A DNA stretch of 64,000 nt from Sminthopsis crassicaudata (Eukaryota), in NCBI RefSeq assembly GCF_048593235.1, contig NC_133623.1, positions 1,178,001 to 1,242,000 on the forward strand, written 5' to 3'. The notes below the pieces were generated by a model. The model saw nothing but the letters and a program-made list of their open reading frames with translations, did no database searches and was not told the DNA's origin. Shown one piece after another: positions 11,468 through 24,169 of the stretch (positions within the stretch are counted from its first letter, which is position 1; every line of letters begins with the position of its first letter). A program made the position numbers and the translations under genes.

Positions 11468-11473
11468 TTTATT
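11468..11473 (-). terminator. Probable CCDC120 polyadenylation signal (AATAAA)
   Basis: tttatt on the plus strand, about 950 nt downstream of the CCDC120 stop; the first canonical signal I found. Confidence 0.55.
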
Positions 11474-12426
11474 ATAGAAACCCCTAGTGTTCCAGTGTTG
11501 CTGCCCCCCCCCCCCGGAGTCTGGAGAGATCCACCCAAGGGGGGCCATTTGTACTCCCTCCCCAGGGAGTGAAGCCGTCTGGATAAGGAAGGGGCAACAA
11601 CACGTATGTGCAGGTTGGAGAGGAGGAGCCCAAGAGTCCGGGGGGCCCCCCGTGCCATTCATCCTCAGGAGATGAGGGGCGGGCGATCCCCCCCTCGCCG
11701 TCGCGATGGCCGGGATGGCGTCGAGTGTGTCCCGACGCAGCGGGGTGGCCGCGGCTGCCCGCTAAGGAGCTTCCCCGTGTCCCCCCTCCCCCTAGGATCT
11801 TCACAGTGGCACACGCAGGGGACCTCTGCCGGCTGCTGGGCCTTCTGCCCCGACCCCCAAGACGTGGAAGCGGCATCTCGCCCCGGGCTGAAGCCCTCCG
11901 TCTCCAGAGGCGCCAGCTAGCCCCTGCCCCCAAACCAGGATGGCTGAGCCTGGTACCTGCTTCCAGCTGAAGGCCTGATGGCAACGAAAGGAGACACAGG
12001 AGGACGACGGGTTAGATGGGTTCTGGGCTGCTGGCCTCTCCCTCGCTGGCGCGGGCACCCAGCCCTGGCCCCTCCCCCCAACGCCCACGCCCCCCCTCCT
12101 CCATCTGGGGAGAGTGGGGAGGGGAAGGTCACAGGTCAGATTGCTATCCAGAGTTTGAGGTTCTCTCACTTCCTTGGAGCAGGTAGAAAAAAGAGGAGGG
12201 GCCCTGCGTAGTTCACATCAGCCGGGACCCAGGCGGGTCGCGGGGGAGGGGGGATCTGGGAGGAAGGGTGGTCAGGAAGCAAAGGGTGGGGTGAGGGAGT
12301 GGCATCCCTGGGTTCCGTGCAGGGAAAGGTTTTGCGGAGATGGGACATTAGGAATCTAGACCAGCACCCCCAGGGTGGAGCTAGGGTTACTGAGATGGCG
12401 GACCAGGGTCTCCAGGGGCAGAAAGG

Positions 12427-15400
12427 TCAGACCAACGTCCCTGGGGTTCGAGGATCTGAGTCCAGGGGCCGGTCCCCCTCCAGTGCCAGGTCACTTAAGT
12501 GGGAGCTCAGCTCTGGGGGGTACAGGAAGTCTGCATAGTGTCTTGGGGTGGGGGAAGGGCGAGGGAGGAGTGGAAAGACAAAAGAGAAGCGAGAGAGAGG
12601 GACAGATGGAACCAGAGACAGAGAGAGAAGAGATCGGCGTTAGAGAAAACAAAGGTGGCAGGCAGAGGACAGGGTCCACCGGGCTCCCCTCGGCCCCACC
12701 TCCCCACGCCCCGGAACCCCAAGAACCCCCTTCCCCTGGTCACCCTCGCTCGGTACCTGCTGGAGACGGGAGGCGCCGTGAAGCTGAGGGAGTGAGGTAG
12801 GGCCGCCGCCGCCGCCAGCCGCCGCCGAAGGCAGCGCCACTCCGGCGTAGCCCAGGTAGGGTTCGGGGCTGGCCGCGGTGCCGTGGGCAGTGTGCAGCAG
12901 GAAGCCTTGGGGGTAGCTAGAGTGATGCCAGGGGAACGGGGAAGGATGCAGGGCCTGGCCCTCCGGAAGGAGGCCCCTGGCCGAGGGGTGGAGGCCCGCC
13001 GTGGGAGCCCCTCCCGTTGAGCCCGAGTTTCGAATGTACCAGTCCCGGAGGCCCTCGAGGGCCAGAGCCTTGTGACCGACCCGGAGGTCAGCGGCCGCCT
13101 GGTCTGGCTGACCATGGTAACGGCTTGGCCCGGGGCCCGCCCAGAAGGAACCGGGCGGCGGGCCGCCGTCGTCAGACTTGGCACGACCACTCAGCCCGCG
13201 CCCGGGGCCTCCGTGGGGCACCGGGTCCTTGGCTCGAAGGAGGGGGCTGCCAATGCCACCTCCGCCATCCCCGTGCAGTGCGGAAGGAGCTGGGGGAAAG
13301 AAGACAAGGAGGCTGTCCCTGCAGGAAAGGTGGCCCGGGCCCTCGGCCCAGCACTGTCCACCCCGGGCCAGGTAGTAATCCAGCAGAAGGTCGCCGTAGG
13401 CTGGCAGGGGCCGCCCCCGGGGAGCCGGAGGGGCGGCCGAGCTGGGCCGGGCGGCCCGGGGAGGGTCCGGAGGCCCAGCTGTTCGAGAAGAGAAGGCCGG
13501 GGGGGGTACTGGGGCCGCTCGCTCAAAAATACTCTCATTGCTTTTGCACGGCGGAGATACCGGCGGCCCTTCCGGGGGCAGGCGAGCACACGCAAAGCTG
13601 GAGATCCCAGCGCCTCGGTCAACCAACAGGGCCTCGGAGCTGTTGCTCCGGCGGGTTCGGCCAGAGAGGAGGAAGGCGCGCTCCCAGGGGCCGTCCGTGT
13701 GTGGGAAGCCCATCTGAGAGTCCTGGCTGCCAGACCACTGGCGCGAGTGAAGGCCCTCCAGCCTGGGACAGGAGAGACAGGGAACACAGTGAGACAGCAG
13801 GGCCCACGAGAAAGAACCGGGGGGGCCCCCCCCAGCAGCTCCCTCCAGGTCAAAGCCCAAGTAGGTGGCCTCTCCCTCCAAAGCCTCATTTTCCCCTTCG
13901 GCGAAGCAAAGGGTCTGGACCGGACGAGGCATGAGCCCCATCAGGGGCCGACGGGCTGTCGTCTTACGCAAGCTGGTTCTAAGTCGGCTGAGGACGGAGC
14001 CTGCCACGAGAGAGTCCCTTGCCTTTTTGGTGGCACGGCTTGCTCTGGCAGCCGTGGAATCCCACCCAGAAGAATCAAGGTTTAAAATGCACAGAATGAA
14101 ACACGTGGGGTGACCGAGGTGCCCAGGCCCGCGGAAGAGGTCACTTTCTCCCATCTGAGTTCAGTATTCCCTGGCCCCCCCTGGGTTCAAAACTCCCCCT
14201 CTAACCCCTCTCTAACTACTGCACTGCCCTTTCAAGCACATGATTCCACACATCCTTTCAGGTATCTGGAGAGGGGAGAGGGGAGGCCTTACCTGCAGAG
14301 CTGGGGCGCAGGGCCCCGGGCCAGGACGGGTGTGGCGGGAACACTTCTACCCTCAAAGCTGGAGATGCTCCTGGGAAGAGTCCTGGTGGGGCTGCCGGTG
14401 GGCGACAAGCAGAGGGCCAAGGGCGCTAATTAGGGGCGCGCAGCCACTTGGCAGCAGGAAGAGCCCATGGCACGAGGGGCACTCCTCCTGCCGCCTCGAG
14501 GACCCTCCCCTTGAACGTCCGACTCTTTCCCACGTGATCACCTGGTAGGGCTGGCCACTGAGTTCCTCCGGCTCTTCAGGTCCCCATAGAGCTCAGCAAC
14601 CGGCGGAGGAGGGGTCGCCTTCCAGGGGCTGTCTACGCTCGGGGCTGCCCCCGGCCGATATGGACGCCCGCAGCTGGTCCCGGGCCTTGGGGAGCGAAGG
14701 CCGCTCGCCGTGGGGGTCCTCTGAGGGCGAGGAGAGACGGGGGACGTTTCGGTAGGGCAGCTGAGCTCCTGGTTCCTCCCAGCCCTCCGTCACAGATCAC
14801 ACTCACCATTCTCGTGGCTCGCCGACTCTGAGAGAGAGCTGCTCTCCGAGCGAGAGGCGTCATCTAGGGGAAGAAGGTAGGGGCCACCCTTGGAACCGCC
14901 AGCTGCCCAGGCCCGCCCGCCTACCCCTCGGCCAATCCCCGCCGGTAGTCAGCCGGACGGGCATCCCGCTCACCTTGGCTAAGCTGGGCCACTCGGGTCC
15001 TGAGCCCGGGGAATCCGGGACCTCCGTGGCCTGGTAGAGGAGGCTGGGTCTGGCCAGGAAGCAGGGTGAGCGGAAGGCCCAGGAGGGCCCGGCTAGCCTC
15101 AGCTGCTCCTCCAATTCCAGAAGTCTCTGAGACGCATCCGCCTGGACCTGCCGCCGCCGCCGCCGCTGTTCCACACTCAGTTCCGGGGCCAAGGCCAGGC
15201 GCCCTGGCGGCGGCAGCGATCTGCCTCTGAACCGACACTCTCTCTCAAGGGTCTCCAGCGAGAGCATCTGCAACCCGGAGGGACCAAGGAAAGGGGAAAG
15301 ATGGGTCCTCGTGCTAGGAACTTGGACCCTCCCAGCCAACCCCTGCTCTTATGGCTGGCCCTCTGAACTTTGACCTCTTATTTCCAACTTCCACACCCTT

Positions 15401-16928
15401 GGTTCTGGTCCCTCTTCCAGTGCCCCATCCTGAGGGACCTAAGACACTCACTCCAGAGGGGCAGAGTCCCCGGGACTGAGGGGGGAGAGGGGCAGCCTTG
15501 CGCCGGATGGGATGAGGCTGCTCCCCAGGCTCCAAGGGGTACTCGGCAGGCAGTCGGCCTGTCAGCTCCTGTGGTGGGCGAAGGGGGTCATCATGGGGGT
15601 TCCCATCACAGGGGAAGGGGTCATCGTGGGGGTTCCCATCGTAGAGGAAGGGGTCATCATGAGGGTTCCCATTGTGGGGGAAGGGGGGTCATCATGGGGG
15701 TTCCCATCACAGGAGAAGGGGTCATTGTAGGGGTTCCCATCATAGAGGAAGGGGTCATCGTGGGGGTTCCCATGGTGGGAGAAGGGGTCATCATGGGGGT
15801 TCCCATCATAGAGGAAGGGGTCATCATGGGGGTTCCCATTGTGGGGGAAGGGATCATCATGGGGGTTCCCATCATAGAGGAAGGGGGTCATCATGGGGGT
15901 TCCCATCATAGAGGAAGGGGTCATCATGGGGGTTCCCATTGTGGGGGAAGGGGTCATCATGGGGGTTCCCATCATAGAGGAAGGGATCATCATGGGGTTC
16001 CCATTGTGGGGGAAGGGGTCAGGGGGTCATCGTGGGGGTTCCCATCATAGAGGAAGGGGGTCATCGTGGGGGTTCCCATCATAGAGGAAGGGGTCATCAT
16101 GGGGGTTCCCATCGTGGGGGAAGGGGGTCATCGTGGGGGTTCCCATCACAGGGGAAGGGGTCATCGTGGGGGTTCCCATGGTGGGAGAAGGGGTCATCAT
16201 GGGGGTTCCCATTGTGGGGGAAGGGGGTCATCGTGGGGGTTCCCATCATAGAGGAAGGGGTCATCATGGGGGTTCCCATCGTGGGGGAAGGGGGTCATCG
16301 TGGGGGTTCCCATCACAGGGGAAGGGGTCATCGTGGGGGTTCCCATGGTGGGAGAAGGGGTCATCATGGGGTTCCCATTGTGGGGGAAGGGATCATCATG
16401 GGGGTTCCCATCATAGAGGAAGGGGTCATCATGGGGGGTTCCCATTGTGGGGAAGGGGTCATCATGGGGGTTCCCATCATAGAGGAAGGGGGTCACCGTG
16501 GGGGCTCCCATGGTGGGAGAAGGGGGTCATCATAGGGGCTGCCCTCTATCCCATGCAGTAGGGCCCCTTCACCCACCGCCTCCAACAGGCAGACCCTCCG
16601 GAGTTCTCGAAGCTTCAGGGTGAGGGTCTCCTGGAGGCCCCCGCTGCCGTTCCAGCAGCACCCGGAGTCTCTCCACCTTCACCGGGGGGCTCTCTTCCAG
16701 GGGCAGCGCTGTTCAGTGGGCCAAGGGGCAGGCTGGAGGCCGTTGTCTGCAGGCCCTGCGGCCTCCGCCCCCCGCCAGGATCCCGGGCCACACCCTGGGG
16801 ATCCAGTCTCCCTGCCACCCGGGATCTAGTCCCTGCGGGGGGCCCTGGAAGCCTTCCCCACCCCCACCCCCGCTTGTACCTGGACAGTTGTAGCTCGGGG
16901 AGCTGATGAGTTGCCCTCTGACCTCCAT
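12427..16928 (-). CDS. CCDC120: Coiled-coil domain-containing protein 120, about 681 aa after correcting six 1-bp indels
   Basis: Coding exons (minus): 16880-16928 MEVRGQLISSP; 16577-16708; 15452-15568 ELTGRLPAEYPLEPGE; 14974-15267 RLALAPELSVEQRRRRRQVQAD; 14807-14863 SESSSLSESASHEN; 14542-14720; 14293-14391 SFEGRSVPATPVL; 12757-13762 EGLHSRQWSGSQDSQMGF...LALEGLRDWYIRNSG; 12427-12541 YADFLYPPEL...GTLV*. All junctions are GT-AG with consistent phases once the indels are corrected. Confidence 0.93.
15580..16539. repeat. 33-bp minisatellite (VNTR), about 29 copies, in a CCDC120 intron
   Basis: Unit gggggttcccatcatagaggaaggggtcatcat with variant cores (attgtggggg, atcacagggg, atggtgggag). Fills about 960 of the 1008-nt intron 15569-16576. 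Confidence 0.97.
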
Positions 16929-17652
16929 CCTAAGGCGGGAGAGGGGGAGCACAGGCTTCTAGCTGGACGGGGGCCAGGGCCTGGGTGAGGAGAAGCTCTT
17001 GCTGCTGGGCTCGGCCACTCCCCCCAGCCCCGGGAAGTGACTCCTACCTCCTGGCTAGGGTTGGGTTTGGGTTTTCTTTCTTTTTTGGGGGGGGGCGCTC
17101 TCTCCCCCCCTCTCCCCTTGGCCAGCCTCCCCCCTTGGGGGGGCCAGAGCAGGCGGCAGCCGGGACCGGCCCGCTTCTGCGCCCCCCAGGGCCGCCTCTG
17201 CTCCTTAGCTCCGGGCCAGGAATGAGTCAGGGAGCACTGAAGCAAAGTCCAGGGGAGGCGGATAAACAAGGCTCCAGGAAGAGGGAGCTCCTCCTCCTGC
17301 GCCTCCCCACTTGGTCGTTCCCCTGAGCCCAGGGCGGGGGGCTCCATTCCTTGTGCTCCCCCCAGTAGCCCAAGCCCTTGGCCCCAAAGGCCCCCCCAAA
17401 GCTCAACCCTCTAGGGGTTCCCGGGACCCCCGGCCGCCTCGGGGCAGCCAGAGGAGCTCCTGCCATCTCCTGGAGGTGGGCAAGCGCCCCAGAAGCTCCT
17501 AGGTCGGCCCCCCGGCATTTGTGGGAGGAGAGCGCTGCTGCGGGTCCCCTGGGGAGCACCCTCCCCACTCCGGAGCCCGGACCGCCAGCCATCTGCCTGC
17601 ATCCCCCCGGCCTCCCCGGGCCCTCGCTTCCCCAGCCGCCCCCCCTCCTCAC

Positions 17653-17739
17653 CACTTGTGGGGCTCAGGCCGGGGAGCAGCAGCGCAGGAAGGCTTTCCC
17701 AAGAGCCCAGGCCAAGCCCGTAACCTGCCAGTCGGCTGG
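17653..17739 (-). other. CCDC120: Candidate upstream (5' UTR or N-terminal extension) exon of CCDC120
   Basis: Acceptor after a long (CTC/TTC)n pyrimidine tract (cctctccccag) and donor AGTG|GTGAGG. The CCDC120 ATG exon itself starts at an acceptor (ttag|G ATG, 16929), so upstream exons must exist. Confidence 0.5.
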
Positions 17740-18199
17740 CTGGGGAGAGGAAGAGGAGGAGGAGGAAGAGGAGGAGGAGGAGGAGGAGAAAACCTCCACC
17801 TTTTAACCCTTTGCCTGGTGGCCCAGGTCCGAGGGGGTGGGGAAGGGGAAAGGTAAGGCTGAGGGCGTGGCAGAAGGCAGGCCCACCCCCGCCCTCGGCA
17901 CGAGACCCCCGCCCTCACCCCAGGTAGCAAGCCCACCCACGGGGGAGGGGGGGCCGGCCCGGGCCGGCTCCTTAACCTCCAGACCTGCCCCGCGAATTTC
18001 AGGCGGTGGGTCTAGTAGGAAAGGGGGGGCGGGGGGCGGGCCCTGGATTCCAGGAATTCCTGGCCCCATCCCGATCCGGCCCCAGGGCCGAGGGGAGAAA
18101 AGGCGGGAGGGGCGACCCTCCCTCCATAGCCTCACTTTCCCGTTCCTTGGGCCGAGGCTTCCAGAAGATAGATATTGGGGAAACTGATGCTGCGGGGGA

Positions 18200-19100
18200 G
18201 GGGAGACGAAGGGACCGCCACCAGGGCTAGATTTGGGGGGGAGGGTGCGTCCACTTCCTGCCAGCTGGCTTGTCCCCTAGCACCGAGAGACGAGCCCACC
18301 GACCTGACCCGTCCTGTGCTCCTGCTCCCCAGAGCTCCCCCCGGCAGGGAGAACCGGTGGAGACAGGTGGGGGATTGGAGCCCCAGGCTCCACAGCCCCG
18401 AGACACCTCACCCCCCCCCCCCCCGAGGGGCGGGGCGGGGAGGTCGGAGAGGAGAAGAGAGGAAGGCGTCACATCCCCGCTCCCACCCCTCCGCTCCCTT
18501 CCCTAGGCACTGCCCAACGGAACCACCCCCGCCTTTGGACCGGCTCCCCCCGAATCAGGGACAGGGGCCGGGCGGGGGGAGCTTGCCAGGCTGCCCCCCA
18601 GGGGGCCGGGACGGGGGAGGGGCATCAGGCTGCTTCCTCCCTCTCCCCCCCCCCCCCATTCCCAGTCTCCCACTCCCCGTCTCGCACTCACCGCGGCTGG
18701 GGGCCGGGCCCGAGGGGGAAAGGAGACCCCCGAGGACTGGCGCTGGAGGGAGCGAAAGAGGCGGGCTGATCTGGGGGACCCAGCCAGGAGGCGGGGGGCA
18801 GGCGGGGGGGGGGGCACTCGGGTTCGTGCCTCTGCTGCGCGCCCCCGGCCGCCCGCGCCCCCGCGCGGCTCGCTCCGCCGCCTGTCTTCGGCCAGGGTGC
18901 GCGCGGCCGCCCTGGCGCGTCCCCGAACGCGCGTGCGCGGCTGTTGTTGGGCCTGGAGGGCGGGGACCCGGGGAAAGCGGGAGCGCGGCCTGCTCCGGGC
19001 CCCGCCCCTCTCCCCTCTCCATTCCTTGAGATGGAGCAGGGTGGGGGTCCTCCTGCGGTCCAAGCTGCCCTCCACGTGTCCTGGCTCACCTCGGGAACCC
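18200..19100 (-). promoter_or_regulatory. CpG island, probable CCDC120 promoter / first exon
   Basis: GC-box- and CpG-rich. Strong minus-strand donors at 18691 (CGCG|GTGAGT) and 19089 (CGAG|GTGAGC). Confidence 0.65.
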
Positions 19101-22100
19101 CTACCTCTTCCCGATGTGACCCCCCCCCCCACCACGCACACCCCCCTACATTCAAGCCTCAAGGAAACAAAACAAGGCTCAGCTCCCAGGCCATTAACCT
19201 TGGAGGCCCAGGCTGAAGCAAGGGATGCTGGGTTCCAATTTGTCCCCAAGCACTGCCCGTGAGATCCTCCCACTCCCACACCCGAGTGCCTCCCGGGGTT
19301 CCCATAAAGCCCATCTCCACCTTGATCACCTACCACACAGGGCCACTCCAAAGGCACTTTCTTGACCACCTTCCACTCCCGCCACCCCAGCTCAGTACCA
19401 AGCTCTTGGCCCTGGCCATTCCACCCACATCTAGAAAGTTCCGGCCTCTCGCCTCCTCCAGACCCTCAAGACCTTTCTGGAGCTTCCAAGAGCCAGAGCT
19501 TCAGATGAGGTCCCCAACCGCCTCCCAAGCTCAAGCCAAACCGGGGAGGTCATCGCCACGCTGGGCAAGCAGGCGAAGTTCCCGATGGACTGGTTGTTAA
19601 CAAAGGGGCCATGGGACACTTTATGGGAAAGGCCTTGAGCCAAGGCTACTAAGTGCGCTAACCGTGCATCAGTTAGCTCAGCGGGCACGGGCGGCACAAC
19701 CCCAGGAGACAATAGCTACAAGTGAACCTCCAGATATGGAAACCGAGAGCCTGGGTACAGGGTGGCAAGATAATGTTAGCACAAGATAATTCCACCTAGT
19801 CAGCTTGTTCCTCACGGGGCCCTTTGGATACTGAGTTGCCGCTGGGGCGAAGATCTTCCGCAGGAGTCCATTCACTCTATCACTCCCACCCCAGATGACC
19901 CTGAGGCCCTTTTGTCCATCATCAGTTACAATTTATTCCTTTCTGGTTGCAAAGACACTCTTCAAGGTGACTGGGAGTTGCCTGGGGACAGTGAGTGCTG
20001 AACAACGTGACCAGAGATGGAGCTGTATCTCAGACCAAAAAGGCCCGGGGTCTGATAGGAGTCACTTTTCAGTCCCGTTCAAATCTTCATGATCCCGGTT
20101 GGGAGAGACACTAGTTTGCCATTTACTTCTCCTGCTCATTTTACAGATGAGGAAACTGAGACATGCAGGGGGAAGTTGCCGAGACCCTGAAGGTTATTTT
20201 GGACCAAGAGAGTCACTCTGAAACACTTTGGGGAGGTGGGCCTATCTGAAATCCAAGTTAGGTCAAATGCCCAAGCTCCCCCCCACCCCAGTCTCCAGGA
20301 GTCTCACTTTGCTATGTTCTGTCAAGAATGCCAGCCACAGCCCTGAGGCTCAATTTCCCCTATAAGACAGCTCATGGCCCATGACTCTGCCCTCCTTTGG
20401 GTCACTCCACCATGGGGCCTCTGGGGTCTTTTTCCTTCCTCCCCATGCCGCGTGGTATCTCCCCTAACTCCACCATGCTTCCCCACCCCACTTCTCCTTA
20501 AAGCCAACTCTTTTAAGGCGCTTTTAGGGCCCCTTTCAGGATTTAGCCTGCCAGCTGAGGACATGCCCCAACCTCATGGGGGCTCCCTTCTCCTGGGTAA
20601 TTGGGAGTTGAGGCACTTGGCTTTCCTATGCGCTCCCATTCTATTTCCTATTTATCATTCCTGGTGTCTATTGAATCGCTTCATTTTGTCTGAAACCTTG
20701 AGCCCTAAATAAATCTACCTTTTGCCAGAGAGAACGGCCAGCGTGAACTCTTCTTTCGGTGTTGGCCATCGTTTGGTGAAAAAATCCCACAGCACAGAAC
20801 ATATCACTGTGACTTATCCAGAGTCACACAGCCAGGCCAGATTTGAACTCAGGAAGAAGTCTTTCTGATTCCATGGCCAGTATTCTATCCACTGTACCAC
20901 CTTGCTACTCCTTGGAATTAGGTTTAACATTAGGTTTTGGGGGAAGGTTGAGGCAATGACTGTCTGTGTGTGTGTATGTAAGGTTTGGGGGAAAGAGTGA
21001 AACACTTCCTCTGACCACCCCAGTTTGGGATTAGCCAATCAATGCACTGTTCCTTCCTTGACCCAAAGTTCACATCACATTTCTACATTTCCATATCCTC
21101 ACGCCCTTATGGGGTCACATCACATTCATGGAAGCAGCCCCTTCCGCGAGGCGAAAATGTTCTCAGCTGCTCTGCTTTGGTCAGAGAACTCCAGAAGGTA
21201 TGCAGACAATGGAAAGCCCCTCCGATGATCCCAGCATGACCGTGGGTCCCATTTCTCTCTGGATGATTTAGAGTATACTTGCAACATGGCTTCTGGTTCT
21301 GCCTCTTAGCCTTTCCCCCCTCACCCCCCACCCAAGTGCTCTCCTCCTTATTTCTCTCCTCCCATTTCTCCCAGACTTCTGGGTTTTAACTAAATCTGTG
21401 ATTTCACCAATGTCGGGGGCTTTTTGCTGATGCTGAGCAGCACCTTCTAAGAATATTACCTGGGTCACATGGCCGGGCTGTGGTAGGCAGGACTTCTAGG
21501 GGGCAGAGCCAAGATGGCGGAGAGGAGAAATTGATCCTTCTAGACTCCCCGGCTACTTGACTCCCCATGCTGTCTTCCAGAATTGTCTTCTTAATCCACC
21601 ATGAAGCCCATGGCCATCACGCTTTCACTTATGAGTTGCTTTTGAATGAGGAATCTATTCATCCCCAGCCTGATTTCACTCATCCCATTCTATCCCCCCA
21701 AATCTCAGTGATCCCCAAGAGATCAGCATCTTTGCGCTAGGATCTCTAGTTCCCCTTCTTCATTCAACCCCTACTGTGTGCATTTCTGCAATGAAAATCC
21801 ATACCATGCATTTCATTGCTCATTCATTCATTCGTCGGATTTTGTGTACTGGCTAGGAGGTTTTGGGGTATCCCACTAATGTTTTTGATATCATGGCTAC
21901 TCCCTATGGGGGAATCTACAGAGGCCGTATACTTCCTTCTGAGTCCTTTTCACTTTAAAGCCTATTTGATTAGCTTTGTGAGTCTCCCGGCAAATCATTT
22001 TAACCCCTGGGAGGTGTATTGCACACCCGTCATTCTCTCATTCCTGTATTACACAGCAGCTGTGATCCCAAAGTGCAGATCCCATTAGACCCTTACTCAC

Positions 22101-22629
22101 CGTCTGCATCATCCGCCTGCCAAATCTCCTTTTCTCTTTTGCCTTCAGTGGCAGTATAAAAGGGTAAACATGAATGGAAAATGCTAAGGACTAAGCAGGG
22201 GAAAACAAGTGGTTCTAATATAAGGAAGCGATTCCATCTGTCCTTCTGAACCCTGTTTTCATCAGAGGTGACAATGGGAATTTAATTAGAGAACCTCTAA
22301 GTGGTTTGGTTATGTTTTGATAATCTTCAAAGACCAGAAAGGGAAACAAATATCTTACAAGGGAAAGGTAGAGGAAGGGAAGCAAATATTCTCACATGAT
22401 CTGCAGTTCTCCAAAGAAGGAGGATAGAGAAGGAGCAGGGGCCACTTTCTCATTAGAATTGGTCAAAGGAGGAAAGGAAGCACATGCTCGCACGGACATA
22501 GAGTTGAGTATTCACTGAACAAGAAACAGGAGATAAAAGGGGTTGAACAAGGTGGTGGGGAGGAATAAGAGAGAGGGATCATCAACAGAGAAATTTGTCG
22601 TTCGGTCATGTCTGACACTTCGTCAGCCC

Positions 22630-22800
22630 ATCTTTTCTTGGCAAAGATACCGGAGTCGTTTGCCATTTCCTTCTCCAGGGCATTTTACAGGTGAGGAAAC
22701 TGAGGTAAACGGGGTGAAGTGACTTTCCCACAAAGGTATTTGAACTCAAGTCCTCCTGACTCCCAGCTTGTCACTCTAGCCACTGCACCACCTAGCACAG
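22630..22800 (-). mobile_element. MIR/MAR1-type SINE
   Basis: tttgccatttccttctccagggcattttacaggtgaggaaactgagg...atttgaactcaagtcctcctgactc...ccactgcaccacctagc. Confidence 0.7.
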
Positions 22801-23034
22801 TTAGTCCTAAGCAAAACTAAGTAAAGAGGGCACAATCACAAAGAAGAGTTCAAAAGAAAAGGGGAAAAAAAAAGAATATGAATCCGTGATTGGGCTCAGG
22901 GTGACCAAAAGAGAGGGATAGGGGAACAGAAGTAGAATGCATCAAATCTAGAAGTTAAAATATCTCCCACCACCCTCTTCTTTATAAAGAGGAGAGAGAA
23001 ATAAAGAAAAGAAAAAGCATAAGAGAATACAATG

Positions 23035-23260
23035 GAGGAAAATGTAAAATTAATGAGCACAACTCTAAAGATGAACAGAATGAACTTACCTATGAAATGG
23101 AAGAGGATAGCAGAATGGATTAGAAAGCAAACTTGAACAATATGATGTTTACAAGAACAAACACCAACCCCCCCCACATTTGAAACAGAAAGATGCACAG
23201 AGAGCTCCAATAAGGATCTGGTGCAAAATCTTACAAACGCTGATAAATTCAGCAACCATA
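23035..23260 (+). mobile_element. Decayed L1 ORF2 endonuclease N-terminal fragment
   Basis: aaatggaagaggatagcagaatggattagaaagc...tgtttacaaga resembles the start of the L1 EN domain. The minus-strand ORF 22896-23255 is its antisense. Confidence 0.55.
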
Positions 23261-24169
23261 ACTTGAGAATGATGATGATGAAGTGCTACCCACCTCCTAA
23301 CAGGAAGGTGATGAATTCAGGGCTGACATGAGAATACATTTTGACTATGCATATGTGTTATAAGTTCTGTTTTTCTTTTCTTTCAATTGGGGGAAGGAAT
23401 GCAAAATTAATGTTTTCAAATGATAAAAAAGGAGAATAAAAGTTACATTACAAAGTTTTAAACAAGTTAATATTAGAATAGAATAGATCCCTGTGGGATC
23501 ATATATTCTCTGCAAATCTCAGTTAATTGTGAAATCATAAAGATGTAGTTCATGGGTGAAGATCGCTTGTGGAAATATTGTGAGAAATGTTTCTCATGAC
23601 TCCCAAGTTCATACATCAAAATTTCTACTCAGTTCTGGTCCATTCATCAGGATTTCTTGGAAGTCTTTATTTTCCCCTAAAGTATTCTACTCTATTAAAC
23701 TGGGTAAATTATTTTTGATCCTAAGTCTGTATCTATTGCCTTCTGGACTTTCATTTCCAGGGCTCTACTGCTTTATAATTATAGTGGTGATGAAATCATG
23801 TGTGGTACAAATGATGGCCCAGTACACAAATCCTCTCTGGCTACTTACAAGTGCTTTTTATTTGGAGCTAAAGGGTTGAGGTTTGGCTACAACATTGGTG
23901 GAAGTTTTTATTTTGGGGTATCTATCAGGAAGTAACTATTTCCCCTTTGACCTCAGATTCTAAAACACCCGGGCAGTTTTCTTTTAAGATTTCTTGAAAT
24001 AGGAGGTCTAGGTTCTTTTTTTATTTTTTGGGGGGGGGTTGGGGAGGGGAGTGCACAAAGTGTTCAGGAAGTCCAATGATTTTTATGTGATCTTGCAATG
24101 TATGAAGCAGAATGCTGGACGGATCATATAAGTTTATCCTCTCCAAGTTAAGTAGCCACATTCAACAAA

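Noticed and set aside
12640-14154. 504-aa minus-strand ORF as a standalone gene
   Set aside because: It is CCDC120 exon 12757-13762 extended by chance into intron sequence at both ends.
15370-16561. His/Gly/Arg-rich (GGHHGGSHHRGR), GVPIIEEGVIM and YDGNPHDDPF repeat ORFs
   Set aside because: All are translations of the 33-bp (11-codon) VNTR inside a GT-AG CCDC120 intron; frames shift with unit-length variants and there is no promoter or splice support.
19430-20100. Protein-like stretch upstream of the CCDC120 promoter (GEVIATLGKQAKFPMDWLLTKGPWDTLW)
   Set aside because: No recognisable homology, in-frame stops, and no splice, poly(A) or TSD hallmarks.
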